Of a DNA stretch of 64,000 nucleotides, positions 1 to 11,175 are shown one piece after another. The number at the start of each line of letters is the position of its first letter. Position 1 is the stretch's first letter. A model generated the notes under the pieces. It saw only the letters and a program-made list of their open reading frames with translations. It was not told the origin of the DNA and searched no databases. The position numbers were made by a program, and so were the translations under genes. The DNA lies in assembly GCA_964005815.1 (NCBI GenBank), contig CAXFSR010000036.1, positions 32,001-96,000 of the forward strand, given 5' to 3'. This stretch comes from an uncultured Nitrospinaceae bacterium (GTDB lineage Bacteria > UBA8248).

Positions 1-1476
1 TACCTTATCAAGAGGTAAATCCATTTCTTTTGAGATTTCTTCAGGAAATGGCTCACGACCTAATTTCTGCACAAGCAAACGGGATGTACGTATCAATTTA
101 TTTATTGTTTCAATCATATGAACAGGAATACGTATCGTTCTTGCCTGATCAGCAATAGCTCTTGTGATTGCCTGACGAATCCACCAAGTCGCATAAGTAC
201 TAAATTTATAACCTCTCTTATACTCAAACTTATCGACAGCCTTCATTAATCCAATATTTCCCTCTTGAATCAGATCCAAAAATTGCAATCCACGATTTGT
301 GTATTTCTTCGCAATACTTACTACCAGACGTAAATTTGCTTCTGCTAGTTCTTTCTTCGCACGTTGATCTTTTCTACGTCCCCTACGAATCATTTTAACT
401 GAATTTTCTAATTCTTCACGGGACGCACCAGCTTCATTTTCCATTTCCTTTACTTCTTTTCTGATCTTTTTAATTCTACGGCCATATTCAGCAAGAATAC
501 TTATTGGAATTTTTTTATCTCCAACATAATTAACTTTCTTTGCTCCATTTTTTACATTTTTTCGCAAATAGGAGCGTATCTCAGATTCTTCTAAACCAAC
601 TTGATCTAAATACCCATTAATTTCTTTCTCGTGTTTATGTACCTTAGCCACGAAAAAACTAACTCTATCTGCAATAGAGTCCACTTGTTCAGGTCTTAAA
701 TTCATTAAGCGAATTATCTCAGCAACTTTATCAAGGGATTTTTTGTGCAAAACAGGATCTGCTGTAGCGATATTCTTAGTTTCTATTTTCTTGAGCTGAG
801 TTTTCAATCTTCTTGTTAAAGAAAGAAATTTCTTCTTCTCTTCTTCATGATCATTCTCTTCTTCTGATTCATCTTCATCTTCAGTAGACTGTCTACTAAT
901 TGAAACAAGTTTCGCAACAGAGATATCTCCATTTTCAAGCTTCTTTCCAAGTTCTAAAACCATATCTATAGCAACTGGAGTAGAAACCGTCGCAAGACTT
1001 ACTTCTAACTGTCCCTCTTCAATTCTTTTTGCAATCTCTATTTCACCCTCTCTACCTAATAGAGGAATTTGTCCCATTTCTCTTAGATACATACGCATAG
1101 GATCATCTGTTCTGCCATACGTAGAATCGTCAAAAGAAGAAATAGCTTCCGAAGTAGTACGTTCTCTTTGACTTGATTTTAAATTACTTGGGGTCTCGGT
1201 CTGGGTTTCAGATCCTTTCTTTTCGCTCAAACGTTCTTCAGCCGAAGAAGGATCAAGGACTTCAATATCCATTTCATTAAACATAACCATGATGTCATCT
1301 ATTGCTTCAGGAGAATTCACATCTGCGGGCAACACATCGTTTACCTCATCATAAGTAAGAAAACCCTTCTCTTGGCCTTGTGCAATAAGATCTTTAACTT
1401 CTTTTTGAGTAACTTTTTGTTTCTTAATACTCTTCTTTACTTTAGGATCAGCAGATTTCTTAGTTCGCTGTGCCAA
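1..1476 (-). CDS. rpoD: RNA polymerase primary sigma factor sigma70 (3' end runs off the window)
   Basis: Not in the ORF track; translated by hand. TTG start at 1476 after AAGGAG; region 1.1 [14 protein letters not shown], region 1.2 [11 protein letters not shown], region 2 [38 protein letters not shown] and [27 protein letters not shown]; downstream of dnaG. Confidence 0.97.
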   Translation of the reverse strand, partial: MAQRTKKSADPKVKKSIKKQKVTQKEVKDLIAQGQEKGFLTYDEVNDVLPADVNSPEAIDDIMVMFNEMDIEVLDPSSAEERLSEKKGSETQTETPSNLKSSQRERTTSEAISSFDDSTYGRTDDPMRMYLREMGQIPLLGREGEIEIAKRIEEGQLEVSLATVSTPVAIDMVLELGKKLENGDISVAKLVSISRQSTEDEDESEEENDHEEEKKKFLSLTRRLKTQLKKIETKNIATADPVLHKKSLDKVAEIIRLMNLRPEQVDSIADRVSFFVAKVHKHEKEINGYLDQVGLEESEIRSYLRKNVKNGAKKVNYVGDKKIPISILAEYGRRIKKIRKEVKEMENEAGASREELENSVKMIRRGRRKDQRAKKELAEANLRLVVSIAKKYTNRGLQFLDLIQEGNIGLMKAVDKFEYKRGYKFSTYATWWIRQAITRAIADQARTIRIPVHMIETINKLIRTSRLLVQKLGREPFPEEISKEMDLPLDKV

Positions 1477-1529
1477 TTTTAACTCCTTATGTTGGAATCT
1501 AAGAAAAACCTAAATTTAATTTCAAAACT

Positions 1530-3413
1530 CTAGGATAAAATATCTTTTTGTTTCTTCTTCAGCAACTTATTTTTCTGCTCTAACAAACTCCATAAAACTT
1601 CTGAATTATCGCCATTTTCTCTAGATACATTATAAATTTCTTTGTTGAATTTTTCTTGCTCACGTCGTAATTTTATTTCTTTAAGACGAGACAAACAATC
1701 CAAAAAATCTTCCCGATTTATTTCATCGACCAACTGAGATGAAGATAACTCAATAACCAGTGAGCGCGCAACTTCATCATCTAAATGATCTAACAAAGAC
1801 GCAGCATTGATTTCAATACCCTTTTTTGAAGCAACTAGCAAATCAGTCAATATAGTTTTAACCGTTGGATCTGAAAAAAAAGATACGTCAATAGTATCCA
1901 AATCAACAAATTCAGGTTTATGCAACAATAATTCCAAAAAGTCTACCTCTATTTTAGGTAGTTTTTTCTTAACATCAACGAGATCAATTGAATTACTGCT
2001 CTCAGAAGGAATTTTTCGTTTTTCAAGTCTTCTATTAAGCATTGCAGATAAAGTAGGATACGGAACACCAAGACGAACCTCTAAAAGAGAAAAAAACTGT
2101 TCTCTCACACTACGATGACTAGCAGCAAGAAGGGGAATAATTTTATCAACTGCATCCATTTTTTTTGACTGAGAGGAACTTATATGAACATCATCTAACG
2201 ACATTCTAACAGTCCTTTCAAGCAATCCTTCGGAAGAAGAAAGTAATTTTTCGAATTTTTCTTTACCTTTAGTTCTCAAAAAGTCATCTACATCTAATTT
2301 GTCTGGCAGAGCAACTACTCTAATATCTACTGAACCCGCATCTTTATTGTTAATAAAATCTTCCCCTAAAATTTGATTCGACAAAAGTCCTTTTGGCACA
2401 AAAGAAAGATTCATAGCATTCCCCACGAGATAACCAGCTTTTTCGGATGCAGCCTGTCCCGCCTCATCAGGATCAAAAACAAAAACAAATTCTTCAACTT
2501 GAGACCTCAAAATACGAAGATGTTCTTGAGTAAAAGCTGTACCTAATGTTGCGACTGCAAAATCAAATCCACTCTGAAACAAAGAAATCACATCAAAATA
2601 ACCCTCAACTATGATTACTTTCTTGTTAGCTCTCATTTTTTTTCTAGCAAAATTAAGCCCATACATTGTACGAGATTTTTTGAAAACTATCGTTTCAGGT
2701 GAGTTAAGATATTTTGCCCCCTCTGTTTTACTTTCTGAATCAGGCAATAAACGTCCGCCAAAAGCAATAGGATTATTCGCATAATCAAAAATTGGGAAAA
2801 TAATCCTGTTTCTAAAACGATCATAAAATCCTTTTTCCCCATCTCTTTTTGAGACCAATCCCGCTTTTTCAAGCTCTTCTTGAGAAACTCCCCTCTTTCC
2901 AAGAGCTTTCAAAAGAGAATCCCACTTATTCGGAGCATAGCCTATTTGAAAGTAATCTTTTGTTTCTTCTTTTATACAACGATTAACCAAATAATCTCTT
3001 GCTCTACTTCCAATTTGATGTTTCAAGACTCCTTGAAAAAAATCTAGAGCTAATTTATTGATTTCAATTATTCTGTCTCTTTCCTTAACAATATTTTCAT
3101 TATTATTTTTATCTAAATAACGTGAAATATCTATTCCTTGTCTACTTGCTAGCAATTGAACAGATTCAATAAAACTCATATTTTCATGTAGCATTAAAAA
3201 TTTAAAAACATTTCCGCCTTTGTTACAGCCAAAACATTTAAAAATCCCTTGTGTTGGATTGACACTAAAGGACGGAGTTTTTTCATCATGGAATGGGCAT
3301 AAACCTTTAAAACTTGTTCCCGCCTTCTTTAGTGAAACATATTCACCAATCACTTGTTCTATTGGAATAGATACTCGTATTTCATCAATTATATTTTCAG
3401 GAATGAGACTCAA
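1530..3413 (-). CDS. dnaG: DNA primase
   Basis: Zinc finger CPFHDEKTPSF...CFGC, KYLNSPET, TOPRIM VEGYFD and FDPDEAG; upstream of rpoD. Confidence 0.97.
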   Translation of the reverse strand: MSLIPENIIDEIRVSIPIEQVIGEYVSLKKAGTSFKGLCPFHDEKTPSFSVNPTQGIFKCFGCNKGGNVFKFLMLHENMSFIESVQLLASRQGIDISRYLDKNNNENIVKERDRIIEINKLALDFFQGVLKHQIGSRARDYLVNRCIKEETKDYFQIGYAPNKWDSLLKALGKRGVSQEELEKAGLVSKRDGEKGFYDRFRNRIIFPIFDYANNPIAFGGRLLPDSESKTEGAKYLNSPETIVFKKSRTMYGLNFARKKMRANKKVIIVEGYFDVISLFQSGFDFAVATLGTAFTQEHLRILRSQVEEFVFVFDPDEAGQAASEKAGYLVGNAMNLSFVPKGLLSNQILGEDFINNKDAGSVDIRVVALPDKLDVDDFLRTKGKEKFEKLLSSSEGLLERTVRMSLDDVHISSSQSKKMDAVDKIIPLLAASHRSVREQFFSLLEVRLGVPYPTLSAMLNRRLEKRKIPSESSNSIDLVDVKKKLPKIEVDFLELLLHKPEFVDLDTIDVSFFSDPTVKTILTDLLVASKKGIEINAASLLDHLDDEVARSLVIELSSSQLVDEINREDFLDCLSRLKEIKLRREQEKFNKEIYNVSRENGDNSEVLWSLLEQKNKLLKKKQKDILS

Positions 3414-3494
3414 ATAAACCTCCGATTATCTTTCTTTTCCGCAACAAATTAAATCATTTAATACTTGAGGAAATTATAACAAATCGGACTATGA

Positions 3495-4160
3495 CTATCT
3501 CTCAGATTCGCTTCTTCCACCTTTGCCAAATCTTTCAGCTAATTTTGACAAAATTTCTCCAGGGGGTATTTCACTAGCTACCATCGCAACTAATAGATGA
3601 AACCATAGGTCACCCATTTCTTCAATAATTTCATCTCGTTCAGAATCCATCAAAGCGATAACAACTTCGGACGCTTCCTCTCCTACTTTCTTTGCGATCC
3701 TGCCTTTACCTTTAGAAAACAATCTAGCCACATAACTTTCATCTAAATTTCCTGTTTTTTTTCTTTCTTCAATTAATTTATAAATAGATTCTAAAAAATT
3801 ATGATTGTATAAAAACTCTCCAGTAACTTCCTTCGAAAGAATTTCATTAAAAAAACAGGACATTCTATTCGTATGACAAGCCGGTCCATTTGGAGAAACT
3901 AAAAAAAGGATAGAGTCGAGATCACAATCCAAACTTACAGATTCAAGATTTAAAAAATTTCCTGAAGTTTCACCTTTTTCCCAGATTTTTTTTCGTGACC
4001 GGGACCAAAAATGGACTCTTTTCTTCTCCATAGTTAGAGACAATGATTCTAAATTAACCCATGCCATCATAAGTATCTGTCCAGTAGATACATCTTGACA
4101 AATAGCAGGCATCAATCCATCTTCATCCCATTTAATTTTTGAAAAAAGTTCATTTTTCAC
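3495..4160 (-). CDS. hisIE: Bifunctional phosphoribosyl-AMP cyclohydrolase / phosphoribosyl-ATP pyrophosphatase
   Basis: [24 protein letters not shown]...SCF, then KKVGEEASE and DLWFH; his cluster context. Confidence 0.95.
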   Translation of the reverse strand: MKNELFSKIKWDEDGLMPAICQDVSTGQILMMAWVNLESLSLTMEKKRVHFWSRSRKKIWEKGETSGNFLNLESVSLDCDLDSILFLVSPNGPACHTNRMSCFFNEILSKEVTGEFLYNHNFLESIYKLIEERKKTGNLDESYVARLFSKGKGRIAKKVGEEASEVVIALMDSERDEIIEEMGDLWFHLLVAMVASEIPPGEILSKLAERFGKGGRSESER

Positions 4161-4924
4161 ATTCTTACCTCTACATTTTTTGCTCTAAGAAAATTCTTAG
4201 CTTCTTGGATAGAGTAATCTTCAAAATGAAAGATACTAGCAGCAAGTACTGCATTTGCTCCAGCTTTATTTAAACCCTCGTAAAAATGTTCTAAGTTTCC
4301 AACTCCACCTGAAGCTATAACTGGAACAGGAACCTGCTCAACAACGGAACTCGTCAATTGAATATCATATCCATTTTTAGTCCCATCTCGATCCATACTA
4401 GTTAAAAGAATCTCTCCTGCACCAAGCTCTGAAGCTTTTGAAGCCCACTCTAAAACATCTAGACCGGTTGTCCTTGACCCCCCATGGGAAAAAACTTCCC
4501 ATTTATTTTTTTTTTCAGAAGAAACACTTTTTGCATCTATTGCACAAACAATTGTCGAACTACCAAAACGACCAGCAGATTCTTCTAAGATTTTTGGATT
4601 ACTCAGTGCCGCACTATTAATACTAACTTTATCAGCTCCTGCACGGAGTAATAATCCAACATCCTCCACACTTCTAACTCCACCGCCTACTGTAAGAGGC
4701 ACAAATACCTCTTTTGCTGTCCTCTCAACTACTTTGAGCAATGTTCCTCTTTCTTCCTGAGATGCAGTAATATCAAGAAAACATATTTCGTCAGCTCCCA
4801 TATCATAATAAGCTTTTGCGCAACTAACTGGATCTCCTGCATCGCGAAGACTTTTAAAACGTACTCCTTTCACAACTCTTCCGTTTTTGACATCTAGACA
4901 AGGGATTATTCGTTTAGCTAACAA
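4157..4924 (-). CDS. hisF: Imidazole glycerol phosphate synthase cyclase subunit
   Basis: [47 protein letters not shown]. Confidence 0.97.
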   Translation of the reverse strand: MLAKRIIPCLDVKNGRVVKGVRFKSLRDAGDPVSCAKAYYDMGADEICFLDITASQEERGTLLKVVERTAKEVFVPLTVGGGVRSVEDVGLLLRAGADKVSINSAALSNPKILEESAGRFGSSTIVCAIDAKSVSSEKKNKWEVFSHGGSRTTGLDVLEWASKASELGAGEILLTSMDRDGTKNGYDIQLTSSVVEQVPVPVIASGGVGNLEHFYEGLNKAGANAVLAASIFHFEDYSIQEAKNFLRAKNVEVRM

Positions 4925-5643
4925 TTTATTATTTCCAATGCTTCTTTAAAATCTAATGTTTTCTCGTAAAGTGCTCGTCCAACTACAACACCAATCAACC
5001 CTCTCGAAAACAGAGGCAAGGCATTCTTAATATCTTCAATGTTTGTAATTCCACCTGCAGCAATAACAGATTTTCCCGATTTTTCTGCTACACGAAGAGA
5101 AAGACTGGAATCAAAACCTTCAAGCATTCCATCCCGGCTAATATCAGTAATAATAAAATTTGCCAGCGGGACTTCTAAAAAATTTTCAGCAAGTTTTTCT
5201 GGGGTTATCTTCCATTTGGATTTCCAACCAGAAACTCTAACCTGATCATTTAAGGAATCAATACTTAGGATAACTTGTTCAGCATATTGGTTCGCAACAC
5301 TTTTCACAAATTCTGGATTTTCAACTGCAGTTGTCCCCAAAATCACGAAACTCGCACCCGAATCTATAACTAATTTCAAGGCTTCTTCATTTCGAATTCC
5401 ACCACCAAACTGAATCGGAATATTTATTTCCTTTGCAATTGAAGAAAGAACATCAATATGGACAGGCCTTCCCTCCATAGCACCATCAAGATCAATTAGA
5501 TGGAGGCGAGTAGCTCCCTGTTCTACCCAATGTAAAGCCATACTAACAGGGTCAGAATCATAAATTATTTCTCGATCTGCTTCTCCTTGAATCAGTCTTA
5601 CACATTTTCCACCCTTAAGATCTACAGCAGGTATAATCTGCAC
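4918..5643 (-). CDS. hisA: ProFAR isomerase
   Basis: [42 protein letters not shown]. Confidence 0.96.
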   Translation of the reverse strand: MQIIPAVDLKGGKCVRLIQGEADREIIYDSDPVSMALHWVEQGATRLHLIDLDGAMEGRPVHIDVLSSIAKEINIPIQFGGGIRNEEALKLVIDSGASFVILGTTAVENPEFVKSVANQYAEQVILSIDSLNDQVRVSGWKSKWKITPEKLAENFLEVPLANFIITDISRDGMLEGFDSSLSLRVAEKSGKSVIAAGGITNIEDIKNALPLFSRGLIGVVVGRALYEKTLDFKEALEIINC

Positions 5644-5660
5644 CTTATCCTCAATTAAAA

Positions 5661-6308
5661 TTAGTTTTTATCACAAAAAGAAATAAAATTTTCAAGTATC
5701 TTCAAACCCTTCATCCCACTCTTTTCAGGATGAAACTGTGTCGCAAAAACATTTTCTTTTTGAACACTCGCCACAAAAGTAATGCCATAATCAGAAAAAG
5801 AAGTAACATGTGAAGATAGGACTGGTGCATCCTCTATATAAAAAGAGTGTACAAAATAAAAATAATCTGACTCCCTAACTTCCTTAAGTATACAACAAGG
5901 GTTATTCAATCGTATTTGATTCCATCCCATATGCGGCACCTTTAGGACAAAACAATCTTTTTTATCAAAAGATTGTGGGAACCTTCTAACTGTACCTTCA
6001 AAAATTCCTAATCCCTCTGTGTTACCGAATTCTTCACTTTCTTGAAAAAGTACTTGTAATCCCAAACAAATTCCTAAGAAAGGAACTCCTTTCTTTATAA
6101 CCTTTACGATTGCTTCTGCTAAATTAAAATTATGCAAAGCACGCATACATTCTGGGAATCCTCCAACTCCCGGCAAAATAACTCCTCGAGCATTATCTAG
6201 ATCCGAAGCTTTAGAACTCATTAGATAATCCGTATCGATATGACCTAATGCATTCTTAACACTAAGCATATTTCCCATTTCATAATCGACAACTAGGATC
6301 TTTGACAT
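5661..6308 (-). CDS. hisH: Imidazole glycerol phosphate synthase glutamine amidotransferase subunit
   Basis: LPGVG, GICLGLQ, VPHMGWN, YFVHSF, QFHPEKS. Confidence 0.96.
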   Translation of the reverse strand: MSKILVVDYEMGNMLSVKNALGHIDTDYLMSSKASDLDNARGVILPGVGGFPECMRALHNFNLAEAIVKVIKKGVPFLGICLGLQVLFQESEEFGNTEGLGIFEGTVRRFPQSFDKKDCFVLKVPHMGWNQIRLNNPCCILKEVRESDYFYFVHSFYIEDAPVLSSHVTSFSDYGITFVASVQKENVFATQFHPEKSGMKGLKILENFISFCDKN

Positions 6309-6326
6309 TTCGACTCAATTTTTAAA

Positions 6327-6932
6327 TTAGAACATAGAACCTTTTGTACTAGGAACTCCATCAGATTTCTCATCTATCGACAAAGCCATTCTCAATGCTC
6401 TAGCAAAGCCTTTAAAAATACATTCAATCATGTGGTGAGAATTAAATCCATAACTCACTTCAATATGTAGATCTATCTTTGCATGATTAGAAAGTGACCA
6501 GAAAAATTCTTGAACCAAAGAAGTATCGAATTCTCCAACCTGAGAATCTGGAAATTTTCCCTTAAAGACAAGATTCCCTCTTCCTACTGAGTCTATGCAA
6601 ACAGAAGCACAAGAATCCATCATTGGAATCTTAACATCAGCATAACGAGTAATACCTGAGCGTTCTCCCAATGACTCAGACAAAGCTTGACCTAACAAAA
6701 TGCCAACATCCTCAACCGTGTGATGCCCATCAACCTCTAAATCTCCCTTTCCAACAATCTCCAGATCTATCATCCCATGTTTAGCAACTTGGGAAAGCAT
6801 ATGATCAAAAAAACCTATGCCAGTATTAATTTCTGAAGTCCCTTTCCCATCAATGCAAACATAAATATCAAATGTAGTCTCTTTAGTGGCTCTACTGACC
6901 GTTGCTTTTCTTCTCTGGCTACTATTAAGCAA
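6327..6932 (-). CDS. hisB: Imidazoleglycerol-phosphate dehydratase
   Basis: TGIGFFDHML, DGHHTVEDVG, NSHHMIE, GVPSTKG. Start moved from 6947 to the TTG at 6932 because GGAGG lies just upstream of it. Confidence 0.95.
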   Translation of the reverse strand: MLNSSQRRKATVSRATKETTFDIYVCIDGKGTSEINTGIGFFDHMLSQVAKHGMIDLEIVGKGDLEVDGHHTVEDVGILLGQALSESLGERSGITRYADVKIPMMDSCASVCIDSVGRGNLVFKGKFPDSQVGEFDTSLVQEFFWSLSNHAKIDLHIEVSYGFNSHHMIECIFKGFARALRMALSIDEKSDGVPSTKGSMF

Positions 6933-7034
6933 TTTTTTTCCTCCCAAAGAAACAAAACTTAAACTTTATTAATCATACAGAAAATGACATACAAAATAAA
7001 AAACAATTAAATTTAGAACTAGTAATTGTCTTCT

Positions 7035-8321
7035 TCATTTAGCTAAACGTATACGCAACGCTCTTGCATGCGCACTTAAACCTTCGGATTCTGCCAAAAC
7101 TGCCGCTGATTCTAACAAGGAATTAGCATATTCTTGGTCAAAAGACACAAAATTTGTCCACTTTATAAAATCTAAAACACTGAGTGGAGAATGAAATCTT
7201 GCTGAGCCTCCTGTTGGCAGAACATGGTTAGTTCCAATTATATAATCACCAAAAACAGCTGAACTCCATATACCTGAAAAAATTGCTCCCGCATTGAGAA
7301 TGCTCTTGTCAATTTTCTCGATATCTTCAATCATTATTTGCAAATGTTCAGGAGCGATTTCATCTATGACTTGAATAGCATCTTCAAATGTATCCACCTG
7401 AATTATAGCACCCCTAGAAGAGAGCGATTTTGAAATTACTTCTTTCCTTTTCTCAAGATTCATTTGTTTTTCTAACTCATTTTCAAGATCCTCGCAAAGA
7501 CCTTTTCCCAAACAGATAGCTACCGCCATAGCATCAGGATCATGCTCGGCTTGCGCAAGCATATCAGCCACAGCCCAGTCTAAACGTGTTGTTTTATCTA
7601 TTAGAACAACTATTTCACTAGGACCAGCGTCTTTATCAATTGAAACTATTTTACTAACTAAACGTTTAGCTTCCATTACATAAGCATTTCCTGGTCCTAC
7701 GATTTTATCAACTTTAGGAATAGATTGTGTGCCGTATGCCATAGCAGCTATAGAATGTGCACCTCCAACAGAAAAAACCTTATCTACTCCCGAAATAGAA
7801 GCTGCTACTAAGACTGAATCAGGAATTCTTCCATTATTTGCAGGAGGTGTGCATAAAATAATTTCTTTAACTCCTGCTACTTTTGCGGGTATTGCGTTCA
7901 TTAGAACAGTAGAAGGATATGCTGCTCTTCCGCCTGGAACATACAAACCAACTTTCTGAATTGGACTAGGAACAAAAGAAATCTCCTGTGATTCCTCTTC
8001 TGCCAAGGAAATAGTCTCAGGTAACTGCAACTCATGAAATTGTTTTATCCTTTTTGATGAAAGAACAAGTGCTTCGTAAACTTTTCGATCTAAGGAATTA
8101 CTTGCTTCTTTCAAATCTTTGTCAGTTATTGAAGAGATTCCATTGGCCAAATCAACTTGATCGAAAATACGGGTGAATTCCAATAACGCAGCATCTCCTT
8201 TATTTTTAACCGTAGAGATAATTTTAAAAATCTCATCCGAGTCTACCGAATTATTATTGATTTGAGACAAACTCTTAATCTCATCTCTTGAATTATCAGA
8301 TTTATAAAAAATCTTTCTCAA
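7035..8321 (-). CDS. hisD: Histidinol dehydrogenase
   Basis: GLYVPGG.AAYPSTVLMNAIPA, IVGPGNAYV, AGPSE, QAEHD, APEHL, GTNHVLPT. Confidence 0.97.
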   Translation of the reverse strand: MRKIFYKSDNSRDEIKSLSQINNNSVDSDEIFKIISTVKNKGDAALLEFTRIFDQVDLANGISSITDKDLKEASNSLDRKVYEALVLSSKRIKQFHELQLPETISLAEEESQEISFVPSPIQKVGLYVPGGRAAYPSTVLMNAIPAKVAGVKEIILCTPPANNGRIPDSVLVAASISGVDKVFSVGGAHSIAAMAYGTQSIPKVDKIVGPGNAYVMEAKRLVSKIVSIDKDAGPSEIVVLIDKTTRLDWAVADMLAQAEHDPDAMAVAICLGKGLCEDLENELEKQMNLEKRKEVISKSLSSRGAIIQVDTFEDAIQVIDEIAPEHLQIMIEDIEKIDKSILNAGAIFSGIWSSAVFGDYIIGTNHVLPTGGSARFHSPLSVLDFIKWTNFVSFDQEYANSLLESAAVLAESEGLSAHARALRIRLAK

Positions 8322-8356
8322 AACTTTCCCAATCTTTTTTTAGAACTAAGAATATT

Positions 8357-9019
8357 CTATTTTTTTTTGCAAACTTTTTTCAGTTTGCTAATTAAAGAAG
8401 AAATACTTTTATTTTTGATTTTCATACTAGCTCTATTTACAACTAAACGAGCTGTTGAAGAAAAAATCTCTTTGATAGGCATTAATCCATTTGCTTTTAA
8501 AGTTTTTCCGGTATCTACTAGATCAACTATTATATCTGCAACACCAGTCAAAGGCGCAATCTCAACATTCCCATATAAATGTACGATCCTTGCTTGTATA
8601 CCTCTTTCGGAAAAAAAACGACTGGCAATTAATGGAAATTTCGTTGCAACAGTCAAATCAGTCATACTGGTTATATCTCTCCAACTAAGTTCGTTTGGAC
8701 CTGCAACCATCAATCTACAAGGTGCAAAACGAAGATCTAATGGTTCGTATAGAAGTTGCTCTTGTTCCAACAACACATCTTTTCCTATGACTCCTAAATC
8801 AGCGATCCCTCTAGCTATATAAGTAGGAACATCATAATTCCTGAGAATTAAAACACGAAGACTTGTTTTCTTGTCTTCTCTTATAAGTACCCTTGAAGTA
8901 TCAGAAATACTTTCAGATAAAAGTCCTGCTGCTAATAATCTTTCTACCGCTCCTTCAAAAATACGACCCTTTGGAAGAGCTATAGTCAAAATCTCTTTAC
9001 TTTCTGTTTTTAGATTCAT
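8357..9019 (-). CDS. hisG: ATP phosphoribosyltransferase, short form (needs HisZ)
   Basis: IALPKGR, DVPTY, ATKFP, DLVDTGKTLKANGL; 220 aa with no C-terminal regulatory domain. Confidence 0.95.
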   Translation of the reverse strand: MNLKTESKEILTIALPKGRIFEGAVERLLAAGLLSESISDTSRVLIREDKKTSLRVLILRNYDVPTYIARGIADLGVIGKDVLLEQEQLLYEPLDLRFAPCRLMVAGPNELSWRDITSMTDLTVATKFPLIASRFFSERGIQARIVHLYGNVEIAPLTGVADIIVDLVDTGKTLKANGLMPIKEIFSSTARLVVNRASMKIKNKSISSLISKLKKVCKKK

Positions 9020-10275
9020 TAATCAATCCTTTCAATTTTCGCACCCAAGCTTCTCAGTCCTACTTCCAAAGCTTCATACCCTCTATCTAAGTGAAAAACT
9101 GAATCTATAACTGTCTCACCCTTTGCAGCAAGTCCTGCCAGAACCAAAGAAGCACTAGCCCTTAAGTCAGTAGCATTAACAGGAGCACCATTCAAGTTAC
9201 TTACGCCTAATATTTTAGCATTCTTACCAGAAAGAACAATCTTTGCTCCCATTCGATTTAATTCTGGAACATGCATGAATCTATTTTCAAAAATTGTTTC
9301 AGTAATTTTTGATTTGCCGTTTGCAATGCACATCAAAGACATAAACTGTGCCTGCAAATCTGTAGGGAACCCGGGGAAAGGACTTGTCTCAACATCCAGT
9401 GAAGTTAAGACATCTTTACTCTTTATTTGAATCCAGTCATTACCAGACTCAATCTCGGCACCTACCAAAGAAAGACTATGAATTACAGCAGATAAATCAT
9501 TGGGGGAACATCTACAAATTTTAATATTTCCTTTTGTAATCATACCTGCAATCATCAATGTCCCAACTTCAACTCTATCGGGTGGCACATCAACTTCAAA
9601 ACCACTTAAAGAATTTACCCCTTCTATCATCATTTTTCTCTTATTAGGGAAAACCTTAATTTGAGCACCCATTTTATTTAACAAATTTGACAAAAAAATA
9701 ACTTCAGGCTCTATAGAAATATTTTTTAACACTGTTGTTCCTTTAGCCAAAACAGATGCCATCATTAGATTAGTCGTACCAGTAACAGTAACCATTTCAA
9801 AATCGAAGCATACTCCATGTAAACGTTTCGCTCTTGCGTGTATAACACCATTCTCTAAATTTATTTTTGCTCCCATAGCAACTAAACCTTTTAGGTGTTG
9901 ATCAATAGGCCTAGCACCTATCGCACATCCCCCAGGAAGCGGAATAGAGGCATGACCTAATCTAGTCAAAAGAGGTCCCAAAATTAAAATCGAAGCCCTC
10001 ATTTTACTTGCCAACTCATAAGGTGCTATCTCAGAACGAATTTTTGAAGGATCTAAGCAAAAAGAATTTTTAGACTTAGCCTCATGTGTAACGCCAAAAA
10101 CTTGCAAAAGTTCTAACGCAATTTGAATGTCAGTAAGATCTGGTACTCTTTCCAATTTACATTTTTTTTCGGCCATCAAAGAAAGAAACAGTAAAGGTAA
10201 AGCCGCATTTTTAGAACCACTGGCAGCAATCTCTCCACTTAAAGATCTTCCTCCAGTAATAAGAAATTTTTCCAT
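9019..10275 (-). CDS. murA: UDP-N-acetylglucosamine 1-carboxyvinyltransferase
   Basis: GSKNAALP, MRAS, LPGGCAIGARP.DQH (Cys-type active site), PGFPTDLQ, TDLRASASL. Confidence 0.97.
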   Translation of the reverse strand: MEKFLITGGRSLSGEIAASGSKNAALPLLFLSLMAEKKCKLERVPDLTDIQIALELLQVFGVTHEAKSKNSFCLDPSKIRSEIAPYELASKMRASILILGPLLTRLGHASIPLPGGCAIGARPIDQHLKGLVAMGAKINLENGVIHARAKRLHGVCFDFEMVTVTGTTNLMMASVLAKGTTVLKNISIEPEVIFLSNLLNKMGAQIKVFPNKRKMMIEGVNSLSGFEVDVPPDRVEVGTLMIAGMITKGNIKICRCSPNDLSAVIHSLSLVGAEIESGNDWIQIKSKDVLTSLDVETSPFPGFPTDLQAQFMSLMCIANGKSKITETIFENRFMHVPELNRMGAKIVLSGKNAKILGVSNLNGAPVNATDLRASASLVLAGLAAKGETVIDSVFHLDRGYEALEVGLRSLGAKIERID

Positions 10276-10277
10276 TT

Positions 10278-11156
10278 TTAGTTTTTTTTAACCTCAACAA
10301 CTCTTTTTAATCCAGCTAGATCTTTATGAATTACAGGGGTTGAATATTTGCCAGAACTGTTAATTTCTCTAATACAAATTTCCGCTTGTTTATGATCAAT
10401 TTCTAATAGCAAAACACCTTCAGAAAAAAGATATGACGGCGCCTTACTAATAATTTCAGACAGATAAAACATACCATTTTTTCCTCCATCGAGAGCCATG
10501 CTAGGGCCATAATTTGCTACCTCAGAATCTAGATTGGCAATTTCACAAGTAGGAATATATGGCGGATTAGAAACTATTAAATTAAAAATATTTTTTTCTA
10601 GAATACCAGACATCATAAAAGTTTGGAGAACAGAATAATTTTCCAGCGAAAAACTTGACGCATTTTGCATAGAACAAACTGTGGCTTTTTTGCTAAGATC
10701 AGATGCAAAAACTCTAGAGTTTTTTAATTCTTTAGCTATTGAAACTCCAATTGCACCACTACCAGAACCTATATCTAAAATAACGGGAAACTCGATTCTA
10801 TCTAAATTTTTTATAGAGAGTTCGACAAGCAATTCTGTTTCTGGTCTGGGGATAAAAATATTCTTATCAACAGCAAAATTGATAGACCAGAATTCCTTTT
10901 CCCCTAAAATATAAGCCATTGGTTCATGTTTTTCTCTTCTTCCTACAAGATCTTCTATAGAAGCTATCTCTACAAATGAGATTATCCTTTCTGGAAATGC
11001 ATAAATACTAGAACGTGGAATTCCTAAAACAAAAGAAATAATTAACTCGGCATCTAATGAAGGACTGTCTAAACCAGCAATCTGAAATCTTTCTTTAAGA
11101 GAAGATAATTCATAACCTAACATCAGCGGACTAAATTTTTTTTTGTAAGAATTCAA
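10278..11156 (-). CDS. prmC: Release factor glutamine methyltransferase
   Basis: EPMAYILG.KEFW, IPRPETE, DIGSGSG, SNPPY; follows prfA. Confidence 0.94.
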   Translation of the reverse strand: MNSYKKKFSPLMLGYELSSLKERFQIAGLDSPSLDAELIISFVLGIPRSSIYAFPERIISFVEIASIEDLVGRREKHEPMAYILGEKEFWSINFAVDKNIFIPRPETELLVELSIKNLDRIEFPVILDIGSGSGAIGVSIAKELKNSRVFASDLSKKATVCSMQNASSFSLENYSVLQTFMMSGILEKNIFNLIVSNPPYIPTCEIANLDSEVANYGPSMALDGGKNGMFYLSEIISKAPSYLFSEGVLLLEIDHKQAEICIREINSSGKYSTPVIHKDLAGLKRVVEVKKN

Positions 11157-11175
11157 TATTCACACTTTATAATGT

